A stretch of 63,019 nt of DNA, filler included, from Sandaracinaceae bacterium (GCA_947483975.1; 14 parts of 14 records of this genome joined end to end with filler, not necessarily neighbours in it); one strand, 5' to 3'. Shown: positions 1 to 10,196, numbered from the whole stretch's first letter. Made by a program: numbers and translations. Notes: generated by a model not told the origin, from the letters alone.

Positions 1-145
1 GCTCGCCTCGCCGCTGCACGCCGCGCCCGTGAGCGCGACGGCCGCGAACAGCAGCGCAGCGGCGGTGGGTAGAGGTCGCACGGCGTCCCGGACTGTAGCG
101 CGAGGCGCGCTGCGCACAGGAGCGCCGCGTGCGACCCTCGCGCGC

Positions 146-583
146 ATGACCGACGCGCTTCGTCCCTCGCTCGTCTCCGGTGCTGACTTCGAGCGCATCG
201 TCCGAGAGTCCATACCGCTCTCGGACGCGTTTCCTTGGACGGTCGCGTCGGTATCGTTCGGGCGCTGCGTGCTCCACATGGACTTCGACGCGCGGCACAC
301 GCGCGCGGGCGGCACTGTCAGCGGGCCCGCGCTGATGACGCTCGCCGACACGGCGATGTACCTCGTCACGCTGTCGGTCGTCGGGCCCGAGCCGCTCGCG
401 GTGACGAGCGATCTCTCGATCCGCTTTCTGCGCCGCCCGGCGCCCGCGCGCGTGCTCGCGGAGGCGCGCGTGTTGCGGGCGGGGAGGCGGCTCGTCGTCT
501 GTGAGGTGGCGCTGTACTCGGAGGGCGTCGAGGAGCCGATCGCGCACGTCACCGGGGCGTACGCGCTGCCGACGAAGCCCTGA
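146..583 (+). CDS. PaaI family thioesterase (hotdog fold)
   Basis: GGTVSGPALMTLADTAMY and AVTSDLSIRFLR motifs; ATG at 146 preferred to the upstream GTG. Confidence 0.85.
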   Translation: MTDALRPSLVSGADFERIVRESIPLSDAFPWTVASVSFGRCVLHMDFDARHTRAGGTVSGPALMTLADTAMYLVTLSVVGPEPLAVTSDLSIRFLRRPAPARVLAEARVLRAGRRLVVCEVALYSEGVEEPIAHVTGAYALPTKP

Positions 584-598
584 GCGCGCGCCCGGCGC

Positions 599-3500
599 TC
601 AGCGCGCGCCGGGAGGCCAGATCGTGAAGACGGCGCGCACCTGCGAGCTGTTCGTGGCGACGCGCGCGATGGCGTCGATGCGCTTGCCGTCCGCGTCGAT
701 CACGGCGCGCACGCGGGCCTCTGCGGACGCGAGCGAAGCGGCCGGGCCCTCGAGCCGAAGCTCGACGCGCGCTGCGCCGGCGAGCCTCGCGAGCGGGAGC
801 ATCGACGGGCTGATCTGGAGATTGAGCGCGCCGCCGAAGAGCGACACGCCGAGCAGCACCTCGACGACGATCGGCTGCGGAGGCGGAGGAGGCGCGACGT
901 AGAGCGTGCCGCTGCCGCCGACTGTGCTGCCGCCGACCGTGCCGCCGCCGCCGATGGTGCCGCCGACCGTGCCGCCGCCGCCGATGCTGCCACCGACCGT
1001 GCCGCCGCCGTTGAACGTGCCGCCCTCGAGCGGGCGCGGGACCGTCCTGCGCTCAGCGTCGCGCGCCTCCTGCTCGACGCGCCGGTGCGCGAAGCGGCAC
1101 CAGAAGCCGCCCTCGCCGATCGTGCGGCGGCCGCCCGCAAGCTCGCCGCCGAACGTGAAGAAGATGCCGTCGACGCCGCGGTTGTCGCCGAGGCCTACGC
1201 GCCCCTCGATGCCCGCCTCGAGCGCGCTGTCGCTCTGACAGAAGGTGACGCGGAAGCCGCCGCCGAACACCGCGAAGGGCGCGTCGGGGACGTAGTTCGC
1301 CAGCGTGCCGATGTTCGCTGCGTAGCCCGCGCCCGCCTCGAAGTAGAGCGGCGCGACGCGGTCGAGGCGCAGGCGCAGCAGGCCGGCGCCCGCGTACGAG
1401 AGCATCGAGCTTTGGTTCTTGGCCTCGAGAGTGCCCTGCGAGCGCTGGACGAGGTCTGCGCGAAGGCGCGCCTCGAGCCACGGGCCGATCGGCAGGCCGA
1501 AGCTCAGGCCGACGGCGCTGAGGCTGCCGGGCGAGAGCGGGCCCGGCGCGGCGAACGGCAGGCCATAGCTGCCGTGCAAGCCGAGCGTGTACGAGAAGCC
1601 GGGCGTGGTGTCCGGCTCGACCTCGGGGAGCGGCTGCGAGAGGCCGAAGCCGGCGCGCATCGTGAAGAGGAGCGCGCGGAAGTCCGACGCTTGGCCGAAG
1701 CCTTGCTGGTAGCGGAGCCCGACCGACACATCCCCCGAGGTGCCGCCCTCCGAGATGCCACCGACCCGCCGCTGGACGGCCGCCTCTGCGAGGAAGCCCG
1801 GCCCATCGAGGCGCGAGCCGCGCCCCATCCAGCCGCCGCCGAGCTCGAAGTCCCAGCCCTCGTGCGACGCCTCGTCGGTCCAGAGCGTGAAGCGTGGACC
1901 GGCGGAGACCTGCACCGCGGTGAAGTCGCGCTCGTTCGCGTCGTCGAGCGCGTCGAGGTTGAGGTCGGTCGCGACGTCGCTGCCCGTGATGACGCCGAAG
2001 CGCACCCCGAGCGCGAGCCAGCGCGTGATCTGCACGTCGACCGGCAGCGCGAAGCCGGCCGCGAAGTGGTTCACCGGCGTGCGCGCGTCGAGCCAGCCGA
2101 ACACCGGCTCGATGCTGAGGCGGAACGGGAAGCGCACGGCGACGCCGCCGCCCTCGTCCTCGACCTCGCCGCTCGCCGCAGGCTGCGGCTGCGGCTGCAC
2201 GTGCGTCTCGACCGGCGCGCTGACGACGACGTGCTCGGGCGGCGCGCTGACGACGACGTGCTCGGGCGGCGCGCTGACGACGACGTGCTCGGGCGGCGCG
2301 CTGACGACGACGGTCACTTGCTCGGGCGGCGCCTCGACGCAGCGCGGGCGCGCGTACGAGCGGCCCCCGACGTACTCGACCCCGAGCGTCGCGAAGACGC
2401 CGCTCAGGCTGCTCGCGTCGCCGAAGCCGAGGCGCCCGCGCGCCCCGAGCAAGACGGCGAAGTGCGCGCTGTCCTTGCAGGGCGTCAGGCGCAGCCCCGC
2501 GCCGAAGTCCGCGTACGCGCCCGCGTCGCCCTCGGTGAGCCACGCGTAGCCGCCGTGCGCCTCGACGTAGAGCGGGCTCCAGCGATCGAAGCGCACGCGG
2601 AGGCCCGCGGACGCGCCGTAGCCGTAGCGCGAGTCAGGAGCATCGCCGCCGGCGCGGCGCACGGCGTCGAGGCGGAGGCGCGGCTCGAAGACCGGACCGA
2701 GCGGGAAGCCCGCCCAAGCGCCGAAACCTGCCGAAAATCGCCCGGGGTCGCGCGCGCCATCGCGCCCGATCGCCACGCCACCGTAGGCGTCCGCGCCGAC
2801 GACGTAGCGCAGCGGGGCGGGCCCGGTGTGGCCTCCGCCCGCGCCCGGCAGGTTGAGATCGATGTCGACCTCGAGCCCGAGCGAGAGCGCGCGATAGCCC
2901 GACGTCGCGCCGACGCCCTGCTGCCCGCGCACTACGAGCGCCGAGCCCCAGGCCTGCGGGCCGTCGCCGTGCTCCGCGCCTGCGAGTCGCGCGAGGGCGA
3001 CGTCGAGCACGAGTCCGCTCGGCGCGAGGTGGTCGCCGACCATCAGGTAGCCCGCCCCTAGCTCGAGCGAGAAGCCCTGCCGGCTCGCGCGGTCGTTCCA
3101 GAGCCGGAAGATCGTGTCGCCGCCGAAGTAGTTGGCTTCGAAGGGGCGCGCGTCGCCGATACCGCCAGCGAACGTGTATTGCGCGCGCGCGCCGAGGGCG
3201 AAGAACGACGCGACGTCGACGTCGGCCCCCGCGCTGAGCGACAGCGATGGGCCGAGCAGGCGCATCCCCTCGGCGCCGAGTCCACCGAACGCGAGCCCCG
3301 CCCGCAGGCGCACCGGCAAGATCGGGATCGCGCTGACGGCGGCGTGCGCGGCGGCCTCGGAGGCGGCACGCGTGTCGACCTGCACGCGCACGTCCGTGTG
3401 CACGTCCGTGTGCACCTCGGCGTGCACCTCGGCGTGGGCTTCGCCGGTGACCAGCGGCGCACCAGGAGAAGGCGCGTCCTGCGCTGCGGCTTGCGAGCCT

Positions 3501-3619
3501 GCGCTGAGCGCGGCGAGCGCCCACAGGGAGGCCGCGAGGGCGCCGGCGCGGGTTCCGTGGAGCGGTAGCATGAGCGCGTGGACGGACGAGGCGGGTGCGC
3601 GATTCATCGGTGTCTGCAA
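599..3619 (-). CDS. Large secreted or outer-membrane protein with internally duplicated beta-strand-rich modules
   Basis: Signal-like N-terminus (LAASLWALAALSAGSQAAA), Gly/aromatic alternating strands, two homologous blocks of ~330 aa; start codon uncertain. Confidence 0.7.
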   Translation of the reverse strand: MQTPMNRAPASSVHALMLPLHGTRAGALAASLWALAALSAGSQAAAQDAPSPGAPLVTGEAHAEVHAEVHTDVHTDVRVQVDTRAASEAAAHAAVSAIPILPVRLRAGLAFGGLGAEGMRLLGPSLSLSAGADVDVASFFALGARAQYTFAGGIGDARPFEANYFGGDTIFRLWNDRASRQGFSLELGAGYLMVGDHLAPSGLVLDVALARLAGAEHGDGPQAWGSALVVRGQQGVGATSGYRALSLGLEVDIDLNLPGAGGGHTGPAPLRYVVGADAYGGVAIGRDGARDPGRFSAGFGAWAGFPLGPVFEPRLRLDAVRRAGGDAPDSRYGYGASAGLRVRFDRWSPLYVEAHGGYAWLTEGDAGAYADFGAGLRLTPCKDSAHFAVLLGARGRLGFGDASSLSGVFATLGVEYVGGRSYARPRCVEAPPEQVTVVVSAPPEHVVVSAPPEHVVVSAPPEHVVVSAPVETHVQPQPQPAASGEVEDEGGGVAVRFPFRLSIEPVFGWLDARTPVNHFAAGFALPVDVQITRWLALGVRFGVITGSDVATDLNLDALDDANERDFTAVQVSAGPRFTLWTDEASHEGWDFELGGGWMGRGSRLDGPGFLAEAAVQRRVGGISEGGTSGDVSVGLRYQQGFGQASDFRALLFTMRAGFGLSQPLPEVEPDTTPGFSYTLGLHGSYGLPFAAPGPLSPGSLSAVGLSFGLPIGPWLEARLRADLVQRSQGTLEAKNQSSMLSYAGAGLLRLRLDRVAPLYFEAGAGYAANIGTLANYVPDAPFAVFGGGFRVTFCQSDSALEAGIEGRVGLGDNRGVDGIFFTFGGELAGGRRTIGEGGFWCRFAHRRVEQEARDAERRTVPRPLEGGTFNGGGTVGGSIGGGGTVGGTIGGGGTVGGSTVGGSGTLYVAPPPPPQPIVVEVLLGVSLFGGALNLQISPSMLPLARLAGAARVELRLEGPAASLASAEARVRAVIDADGKRIDAIARVATNSSQVRAVFTIWPPGAR
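905..1025 (-). repeat. Imperfect 30-bp coding repeat (GGTVGGSIGG/GGTVGGTIGG)
   Basis: Repeated gccgccgaccgtgccgccgccg units; boundaries approximate. Confidence 0.75.
2214..2327 (-). repeat. 27-bp tandem repeat, three exact copies plus one variant (SAPPEHVVV linker)
   Basis: ggcgcgctgacgacgacgtgctcgggc repeated exactly three times. Confidence 0.9.
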
Positions 3620-3694
3620 GCAGCCTCGGTGGGGGTGCGTGACGGGGGGAGCGGCGGGAGAAGACGACGCACTCGCGGGGCGCGAGCGGAGCGG

Positions 3695-4543
3695 TCAGCG
3701 GAGCGTGATGCGCAGGGTCAGCGGGGCGTCGCGCAGGGGCTCGGCCTGCGCGGCGAAGGGCGCGGCGCCCGCGGGCACGACGACGATCTCGAAGGGGGCA
3801 TCGTCGCTCGCGCGGGCGAGCGCGACCAGGTCGGCGTGCCCGTCCGCGTCGACGTCCCCGACCGCGAGCGCGACCGGCATCGGGTCGCCGGCGTGCAGGA
3901 TGCGGAGCGTGCGGCGCGTCGGCGTCGCCCCCGCGAGGCCGCTGAACGCGACGTACTCCGGGTGCAGGTAGCCGACGAGCTCGCGCGCGCCGTCGGCGTT
4001 CACGTCCCCCGCCGCGAGCAAGCGCAGCCCGTTGGCCGCCTCGATCGGGCGCGCCTCGACCGCCTCCGCGCTCGCCACGGCGCGCACCAGCATCGTCGAG
4101 TCGCCGCCGAGCACGATGTCCATGGCGCCGTCCCCATCGACGTCGCCCGCGACCGCCTCCCGCGCGCCGCGCACCGCGAGCTCGCGGCTGCGCGGGAAGG
4201 CCGTCGCGCCGTCGCCGAAGAGCAGGTCGACGCGCGGCCCATCGCTCGTCGTGACGAGCACGTCGTCGTGCCCGTCGCGGTCGAGGTCGGCGACCGCGAG
4301 CGCCTCTCCGCCGATGCCGACGCGCTGCAAGGCGACGCGACTCGGCGCGGCACCTCCCCCGAAGACCCAGACCTCGCTCGTGCGTCGCGAGGCCGCCTGC
4401 GCGCGGTGCAGCGCGATGATCTCCGCGCCCGCGCGCACGTCGAGCCCGCGCACGACGGCCGCGATCGCCACGATCGGCCCGAGGCTGCGCGGCCGCGCGA
4501 AGCCGCCGTTGGGGTCCCGCGACACGAGGAACAGCGCCCCGCC
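3695..4543 (-). CDS. FG-GAP/VCBS repeat protein (5' truncated by contig end)
   Basis: ADLDRDGHDD, GDVDGDGAMD, GDVNADGA and GDVDADGHAD repeats. Confidence 0.8.
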   Translation of the reverse strand, partial: GGALFLVSRDPNGGFARPRSLGPIVAIAAVVRGLDVRAGAEIIALHRAQAASRRTSEVWVFGGGAAPSRVALQRVGIGGEALAVADLDRDGHDDVLVTTSDGPRVDLLFGDGATAFPRSRELAVRGAREAVAGDVDGDGAMDIVLGGDSTMLVRAVASAEAVEARPIEAANGLRLLAAGDVNADGARELVGYLHPEYVAFSGLAGATPTRRTLRILHAGDPMPVALAVGDVDADGHADLVALARASDDAPFEIVVVPAGAAPFAAQAEPLRDAPLTLRITLR

Positions 4544-4643
4544 NNNNNNNNNNNNNNNNNNNNNNNNNNNNNNNNNNNNNNNNNNNNTTAATTAATTAAN
4601 NNNNNNNNNNNNNNNNNNNNNNNNNNNNNNNNNNNNNNNNNNN
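4544..4643. other. Artificial contig linker; the same linker starts at 9174, 13772, 18360, 22925, 27480, 32030, 36560, 41087, 45571, 49974, 54348 and 58710
   Basis: 100-bp N44-TTAATTAATTAA-N44 with stops in all six frames, repeated 13 times. Confidence 0.98.
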
Positions 4644-5291
4644 CTGCAACGCGGCCGCGGGCGCGACCTCCGTCGGGGCGGCTGGCGCACCGTGCACGGG
4701 CGGGCAGGGCGACCCGCCGAGCTCCCGCCAGCTGTCGAGGAACACCGCCCGCAGTTGGGCCGCCGCCGGACCCTCGATGCGCACCGCGTCGTCGCGCCAG
4801 CCTTCGCCGCCGTCGCGCTCGGGCGCCCACGGTAGGCCGATGTTGATCCCGCCGGTGAAGGCGACCGCGTCGTCGACGACGATGATCTTGCGATGGTCGC
4901 GGTTGTTGAGCGTGCCGATGCGCCAGCGGTTCGCCCAGGGGGCGACCGGGTGGTACTCGAAGACCTCGGCGCCTGCCGCGCGGAGCCCGTCGAACATCGC
5001 GCCGTCGACGCCGAGGCTGCCGACGCCGTCGTAGATGACGCAGACGCGCACGCCCGCTCGGGCGCGCTCGGCGAGCGCAGCGGCGAAGCGCTCGCCGACG
5101 AGGTCGCTCTGAAACCAGTACATCTCGAGGAGCACCTCGACGCGCGCCTCCGCGATGGCCGCGAGCATCGAGGGGAACGCCTGCGCGCCGTCCTTCAGCA
5201 GCGTCACGGCGTTGCCGGCGACGGTCATGTCGCGCTCGCCCGGCGCGCGGTTCTTTCGAAGGAAGAAGCGGCGCAGCGCGAGCCCGCTCAT
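4644..5291 (-). CDS. Cardiolipin synthase ClsB-like phospholipase D family protein (3' truncated)
   Basis: GNAVTLLKDG, IYDGVGS, RDHRKIIVVDD (HKD) and FTGGINIG motifs. Confidence 0.85.
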
Positions 5292-6655
5292 ATGACCTCG
5301 GGCTCCGCGTCGGCCGCGCGCGCCTGCGCCACGGCGCGCGCCTCGTCGACGCGCAAGAGCACGACGAGCGCCACCACGAAGAACGAGCCGATGACGCCGA
5401 TGGCCACGCGATGCCCGAAGCCCGGATGGCCGGGGCGCGCCGCCGCGTCGGCGACCAGCCCGTAGATGGTCGGACCGAAGACCGCCGACGCCTTCCCGCT
5501 CAGCGTGAGCAGGCCCATGAATTCGGTCATCCGCGCGCGCGGCGCGATGCGCGCCATGAACGCCCGCGTCGCCGACTGCGTCGCCCCCATCACGACCGCC
5601 GCGAGCCCCGCCACGGGCCAGAACTGCGCCTTCGTCTGCGCGAGCATCGAGCCGACCACGACGAGCATCCAGAGCACGAGCGTCACCGCGATGGAGCGCC
5701 GTGCGCCGAAGCGATCGACCAAGATCCCGAAGACGAGCGCGCCCGGCGCCGCGATCACGTTGAGCACGAGGAAGAGGACGATGGTGTCCTTCGGCGTGAA
5801 CGCGAGCACCTCACCCGTGTAGACGCCGGTGAAGTCGATCACCGTCGTGATCCCGTCGGTGTAGAGAAACGACGCGATCAAGAAGAGCACGACGAACGGG
5901 AAGAGTCTGGCGTGTCGGAGCGTCGTGAGAAGCCCGGTGAACGCGCTGCCGACGACTCCGCCTCGCGTGGCCGGCGCTGCGGGCGCTGCGCCGACGCGCG
6001 GCGCGTCCTTCAGGAAGAGCATCGCCGGCACGCTGAAGACGAGATACCAGCCCGCGACGACGAGGAAGATCAGCGGCGCGCGCCCGACGTGCGCTGGGTC
6101 GAACTCCTTCGGCAGGAGCGGCAGCACGAGCATCAGCGCGAGCAGGCCGCCGACGTAGCCGAGGCCCCAGCCGTAGCCCGAGAGGCGCCCGAGGCGGTCG
6201 GACGTCGTCAGCTCCGGCAGGAACGCGTTGTAGAAGACGTACGCGCCCTCGAACGCGAAGTTCGCCACGACGAAGAGCGCGAACGCGGCGAACACCTGCC
6301 CCGGTCCGACGAGCGCGAGCCCCGCCGTCGCCGCCACGCAGAGCAGCGTGTAGCCCGTCAGCAGCGCGCGCTTGCTCGAGGTGCGGTCCGCGTAGGCGCC
6401 GACGACGGGCGCCGTCAGCACGACGAGCAACATCGCGAAGGAGACCGTCAGCCCCCAGGCGCTCGTGCCGCTGAGGTGAAAGGGCCCGACGTCGACGCCC
6501 GCGTCGCCGACGATGACCTTCTGAAAGTAGCGCCCGCCGAACGCCGTCAGCGCGATCGTCGGGAACGCGCTGTTCGCGAAGTCGAAGAGGCACCACGCGG
6601 CGCGCGCTCGGAACGGCGCGACACCGGGGACTGGCGCGGTGTCGGTGGGGCTCAC
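5288..6655 (-). CDS. MFS transporter (UMF1/ATG22-like)
   Basis: WCLFDFANSAF and FYNAFLPEL..GRLSGYGWGLGYVGG motifs; about 12 hydrophobic segments. Confidence 0.85.
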   Translation of the reverse strand: MSPTDTAPVPGVAPFRARAAWCLFDFANSAFPTIALTAFGGRYFQKVIVGDAGVDVGPFHLSGTSAWGLTVSFAMLLVVLTAPVVGAYADRTSSKRALLTGYTLLCVAATAGLALVGPGQVFAAFALFVVANFAFEGAYVFYNAFLPELTTSDRLGRLSGYGWGLGYVGGLLALMLVLPLLPKEFDPAHVGRAPLIFLVVAGWYLVFSVPAMLFLKDAPRVGAAPAAPATRGGVVGSAFTGLLTTLRHARLFPFVVLFLIASFLYTDGITTVIDFTGVYTGEVLAFTPKDTIVLFLVLNVIAAPGALVFGILVDRFGARRSIAVTLVLWMLVVVGSMLAQTKAQFWPVAGLAAVVMGATQSATRAFMARIAPRARMTEFMGLLTLSGKASAVFGPTIYGLVADAAARPGHPGFGHRVAIGVIGSFFVVALVVLLRVDEARAVAQARAADAEPEVI

Positions 6656-6679
6656 GGCGCCGAGGGTAGCAGGCGCGCC

Positions 6680-7036
6680 CTACGCGCTCTCGAGGATGCG
6701 CACGAGGCCGCGCGCTGACTCGGAGAGCACGGCGTCGCGCGCGAGGTTGCCGCCCTGCGACACGAGGAACAGCGGCTCGCCGAGCGCGCAGAGCGGGCGC
6801 GTCGCGAGGGAGCGCCCGACGCCCATCGCGAGGGAGCTTCGCCCGACGAGCGGCGCGAGCGCGGAGAGCTCCTCGCAGAGGACGTCCTCGCCCGCGGAGG
6901 CGACGAGCAAGCCGTCGGCGTCTGCGAGGGCGATGGCGTCGAGTCCGCCGCGCTTGCGGGCGTGCTCGAGCTGAAAGCGAAGCGCGAGCTGCCGGTCATC
7001 ACTGCGTTGGCTGCGTCGATCGAGTCGGAGCTTCAT
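6680..7036 (-). CDS. Roadblock/LC7 domain-like protein
   Basis: GLDAIALADADGLLVASAG..EELSALA pattern. Confidence 0.6.
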   Translation of the reverse strand: MKLRLDRRSQRSDDRQLALRFQLEHARKRGGLDAIALADADGLLVASAGEDVLCEELSALAPLVGRSSLAMGVGRSLATRPLCALGEPLFLVSQGGNLARDAVLSESARGLVRILESA

Positions 7037-7132
7037 GCGGGGCCTCGACTCGAATTGTCGTCAGTCCGCGCGACGCGCGTCCAGAAACGCGCGAGCGCCG
7101 CCGGGAAGCGGGCTGCTATGATCGCCGCTGTG

Positions 7133-7357
7133 GTGAAGCGAACCTGCCCGATCTGCCGACGCTCTGCGGCGAGCCGCGACGAAAATCCGTATTTCCCGTT
7201 CTGCTCGGAACGCTGCAAGCTCGTGGATCTCGGCAACTGGCTCGGCGAGGCCTATCGAGTGCCCGCGGAGCCGCTCGGGGACGGGGAGCTGCAGGTCGGC
7301 GACGGAGAGCTTTCAGTCCGGGACGACGACGGCGACGATCGAAGCGGGGGCGAGTGA
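7133..7357 (+). CDS. yacG: DNA gyrase inhibitor YacG
   Basis: CPIC...PFCSERCKLVDLGNWLGEAYRVP zinc-finger signature with acidic tail; start could be 7118-7133. Confidence 0.9.
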   Translation: MKRTCPICRRSAASRDENPYFPFCSERCKLVDLGNWLGEAYRVPAEPLGDGELQVGDGELSVRDDDGDDRSGGE

Positions 7358-7377
7358 CCCACGCGAGGAGGCTTGGC

Positions 7378-8172
7378 ATGCGAAATGACTTCCATGGTGC
7401 GCGGGTAGCCGCGGCGGTGATCAGCTGTGCGGTCTTGCTCGGCGGTGCGGTGAACGCCCGCGCGCAGGACACCGAAACGCGCACGACGACGACGCGCACC
7501 TCGACCGCGCCGGACGGCACGCGCACCGAGACGCGCACGAGCGAGGGGAGCGGCACTACGACCAACGACGGCGCCGCCGCGGCTGCGCCGCACGCCCCCG
7601 AGGCAGAGAGCGACGGGCGCGACGCGGACCTCGTCTGGCTCGAGGTGGTCGGCGGCTACAGCTTCGTCAACATGCGCGCGATCTCTTACAAAAACCTCTA
7701 TCCCGACGTCGTCGCGCTCTCGGGCTCGGGCTTCGCGGCGGGCGCCGCTGCCGGGGTTCGACTCTCGTTCCTCTCGATCGGCGGGCGCGCGACGCTCGCG
7801 AGCTATCCGGGCTTCGAGGTCGGCACCGCCGGCGCAGAGATCACGCTCCGCCTGCCGACGCCGACGGTCGAGCCTTGGGTGCGCGCGGGCTTCGGCTACG
7901 GCTGGCTCGGCACCGCGAATTACAACACGCCCGGCGCGAGCGAGACCTCGGTCTACGGCTACGTCGTGCAGGGCGCCGTCGGCATCGACGTCTACCTCGG
8001 CAAGGTCGTCGCGATCGGCGCGGGCTTCGACGTCGACATCCTCAACATGGCGCGGCAGCCGCTCACCGTCGGGGCTGACTTCGTGTCACCGACGGGCGTC
8101 GACCTCACCAAGGACGGCAACGCGGTCGGCCTGCAGCTCCGCGGGCACGTCGCGATCAGCCTGCATTTCTGA
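7378..8172 (+). CDS. Outer-membrane beta-barrel protein
   Basis: Signal peptide (ARA/Q), Thr-rich linker, amphipathic strands, C-terminal Phe. Confidence 0.65.
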   Translation: MRNDFHGARVAAAVISCAVLLGGAVNARAQDTETRTTTTRTSTAPDGTRTETRTSEGSGTTTNDGAAAAAPHAPEAESDGRDADLVWLEVVGGYSFVNMRAISYKNLYPDVVALSGSGFAAGAAAGVRLSFLSIGGRATLASYPGFEVGTAGAEITLRLPTPTVEPWVRAGFGYGWLGTANYNTPGASETSVYGYVVQGAVGIDVYLGKVVAIGAGFDVDILNMARQPLTVGADFVSPTGVDLTKDGNAVGLQLRGHVAISLHF

Positions 8173-8178
8173 GGCAAA

Positions 8179-9173
8179 TCACAGCGGCGCGTCGGCGAGG
8201 TAGGCGGTCGCGACGCGCGTGCGATCGTTCGGCGGGAGCAGCGCGCGGCGCGCCTCGATGAACGCCGTCAGCCGCGCGTGGAAGGGCTCGGGGCCCTGCC
8301 GCGCGGCGTCTGCGGCTCGGACGAGCGCGTCGGGATCGACCGAGAAGCGCAGGCGCTCCGCGAAGACGCCGAGCAGATCCGGCGTGCAGGCGGTGCGCTG
8401 TCGGTAGGGCTGCGCGAGCGCGAACGTGATGACACGACCGCCGTGCGCGCCGAGCCGATCGAGCACCTCGGCGAGCTCAGAAGCCGTGCGCGCGACGAGC
8501 ACCCCGTCCGGCACGCGCCCCACCGCCGGCAGGCTCAGCGTCGACACGCCGAGCGCGGCCGCGAGCGCGGTCGCGTAGGGCAGGGCGTCGTCGTCGATGG
8601 CGATGCACGCGGGAGGCTGGGCGCCGAGCAAGCGCAGCGCGACGACCGCGCGCGACAGCACGCGGGCTGCGTGCGCCGTGTCGAGCTCGAGCGCGCCGAA
8701 GCGCGCGGAGGGCACGGGCGCGAGCTCGAGCAGGAGCGCACCGTGCTCGAGGAAGAGAAAGTCGCGCGCGTCTGGCGGGTCGGCGTCGGGCGGGAGCTCT
8801 GCGCGGCGCAGCGTCGCGAGCAGCTTACGGCGCAGGTTCTCGGCGCTCGGGTGCCGCGCGAGCTCTTCGGCCGCGCCCGCCGCGGCGTCGGGATCGCCCG
8901 CGAGCAGCGAAGACCACGCGAATTGAAAGAGCGCGCCGGGGTCGTCGGCGAGGCAGGGGTGGAGCGACAGCGTCGCGACGGCGTCCGCGTGCCGACCCGC
9001 CAGCGCCTGCGCGAGCGCGCGCTCGCTGCGCACGACGGCGTCGAAGGGGGCCAGCGTCAGCGCGTGTCCGAGCACCGCGTCCGCGACATCGAGCGCGTCT
9101 TCGACGAGCAGCTGCGAGCCGAGCTCGAGGGCGCGCGGCACGTCGTGCGGCGCGTCGGCGACGAGCCGCGAGA
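8179..9173 (-). CDS. Hypothetical protein with TPR-like helices (5' truncated)
   Basis: Long ORF with GC-typical codon usage; Ala/Leu-rich helical segments. Confidence 0.5.
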
Positions 9174-9273
9174 NNNNNNNNNNNNNNNNNNNNNNNNNNN
9201 NNNNNNNNNNNNNNNNNTTAATTAATTAANNNNNNNNNNNNNNNNNNNNNNNNNNNNNNNNNNNNNNNNNNNN

Positions 9274-9400
9274 ATGGCGGGGTGACGGGCGGCGGGACGG
9301 CGGGCGGCACGGGGCGCGCCGACGGGACCGGAGGCGGCCGATTCGCGGCGAGCGGGGGCGGAGGCGGGGCCTTCGGCGGAGGGGGGCGCTTCGGGTCCAT
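9274..9400 (-). CDS. Proline-rich N-terminus of a protein truncated by the contig end
   Basis: MDPKRPPPPKAPPPP... runs into the gap. Confidence 0.4.
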
Positions 9401-9449
9401 GCGGGGGAGATGGTGCCATAGGCTCGGCGGCTATGGCACGCTGCCGCGC

Positions 9450-9833
9450 GTGTCCGCCGTCTGCAAAGGCCCGCCCGAGCGCGGCGCGCTGTGGCGCGTG
9501 GCCGCGAGCGCGCTCGCCGTGGTGCTCGCGGGCATCCCCTTCGCGCCGACGCTCGACTGGTACTCGGGCCCCTTCGAGTCGCAGACCGTCGAGCAACTCT
9601 CGTTCGCGCGCGCGCTCGCGATCGGCGCGCTCGAGGTGTTCTTCATCGCGAGCGAGCACCCGCGCTACGGCACCGCGCTCTACCGGGTGGGCCAGTTCTT
9701 CGGCATCCAAGGGATGAGCCCCGAGGACAACTACACCGCGCACGCCGCCACGCTCGTCGTCGCCGGAGCCGCGTGGCTCGCGGTGGAGGTCGTGCTGCGC
9801 GAGCGCGCGCGCCGTTCGACCAGCGCGCGCTGA
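9450..9833 (+). CDS. Hypothetical membrane protein
   Basis: Two or three hydrophobic segments; start uncertain. Confidence 0.45.
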   Translation: MSAVCKGPPERGALWRVAASALAVVLAGIPFAPTLDWYSGPFESQTVEQLSFARALAIGALEVFFIASEHPRYGTALYRVGQFFGIQGMSPEDNYTAHAATLVVAGAAWLAVEVVLRERARRSTSAR

Positions 9834-9848
9834 GCTGAGGAGAGGAAC

Positions 9849-10196
9849 ATGGCCAAGTCCGCTCACATCGGCTCGAGCTTCGAAGACTTCCTCCGCGACG
9901 ACGGCCTCCTCGAGGAGGTGGACGCGCGTGTCCAGAAGCGCGTGTTCGCGGAGCAGCTTCGCGAGGCGATGAAGGACCGATCGATCACCGAGGCGGCGCT
10001 CGCGCGCGCGATGAAGACGAGCCGCACCGTCGTTCGCTCTCTCCTCGATCCGGAGGCCGAGTCCGCGACGTTGCTGACGCTCACCCGGGCGGCGCGCGCC
10101 GTCGGACGCGAGCTGCGAGTCTCCCTCGAGCCGGTGGTCGCGCGGCATGAGGCACGCGTGCGGAGCCCACGCACGCGGACGGCAGCGGCTCGTTGA
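9849..10196 (+). CDS. XRE-type HTH protein, HigA-like antitoxin family
   Basis: HIGSSFEDFL..G..EEV N-terminus, HTH (ALARAMKTSRTVVRSLLDP), TLLTLTRAARAVG; RBS gagagg. Confidence 0.8.
   Translation: MAKSAHIGSSFEDFLRDDGLLEEVDARVQKRVFAEQLREAMKDRSITEAALARAMKTSRTVVRSLLDPEAESATLLTLTRAARAVGRELRVSLEPVVARHEARVRSPRTRTAAAR

Noticed and set aside
2214..2327. 27-bp repeats as CRISPR or a regulatory array
   Set aside because: There are no spacers, and the repeat is in frame within a coding linker.
1053..3061. Long overlapping or antisense ORFs here and elsewhere (for example 13928-16189, 20657-22972, 27688-29781, 56194-58761)
   Set aside because: Arg/Ala-rich shadow ORFs are expected at very high GC; the recognisable protein lies in another frame.
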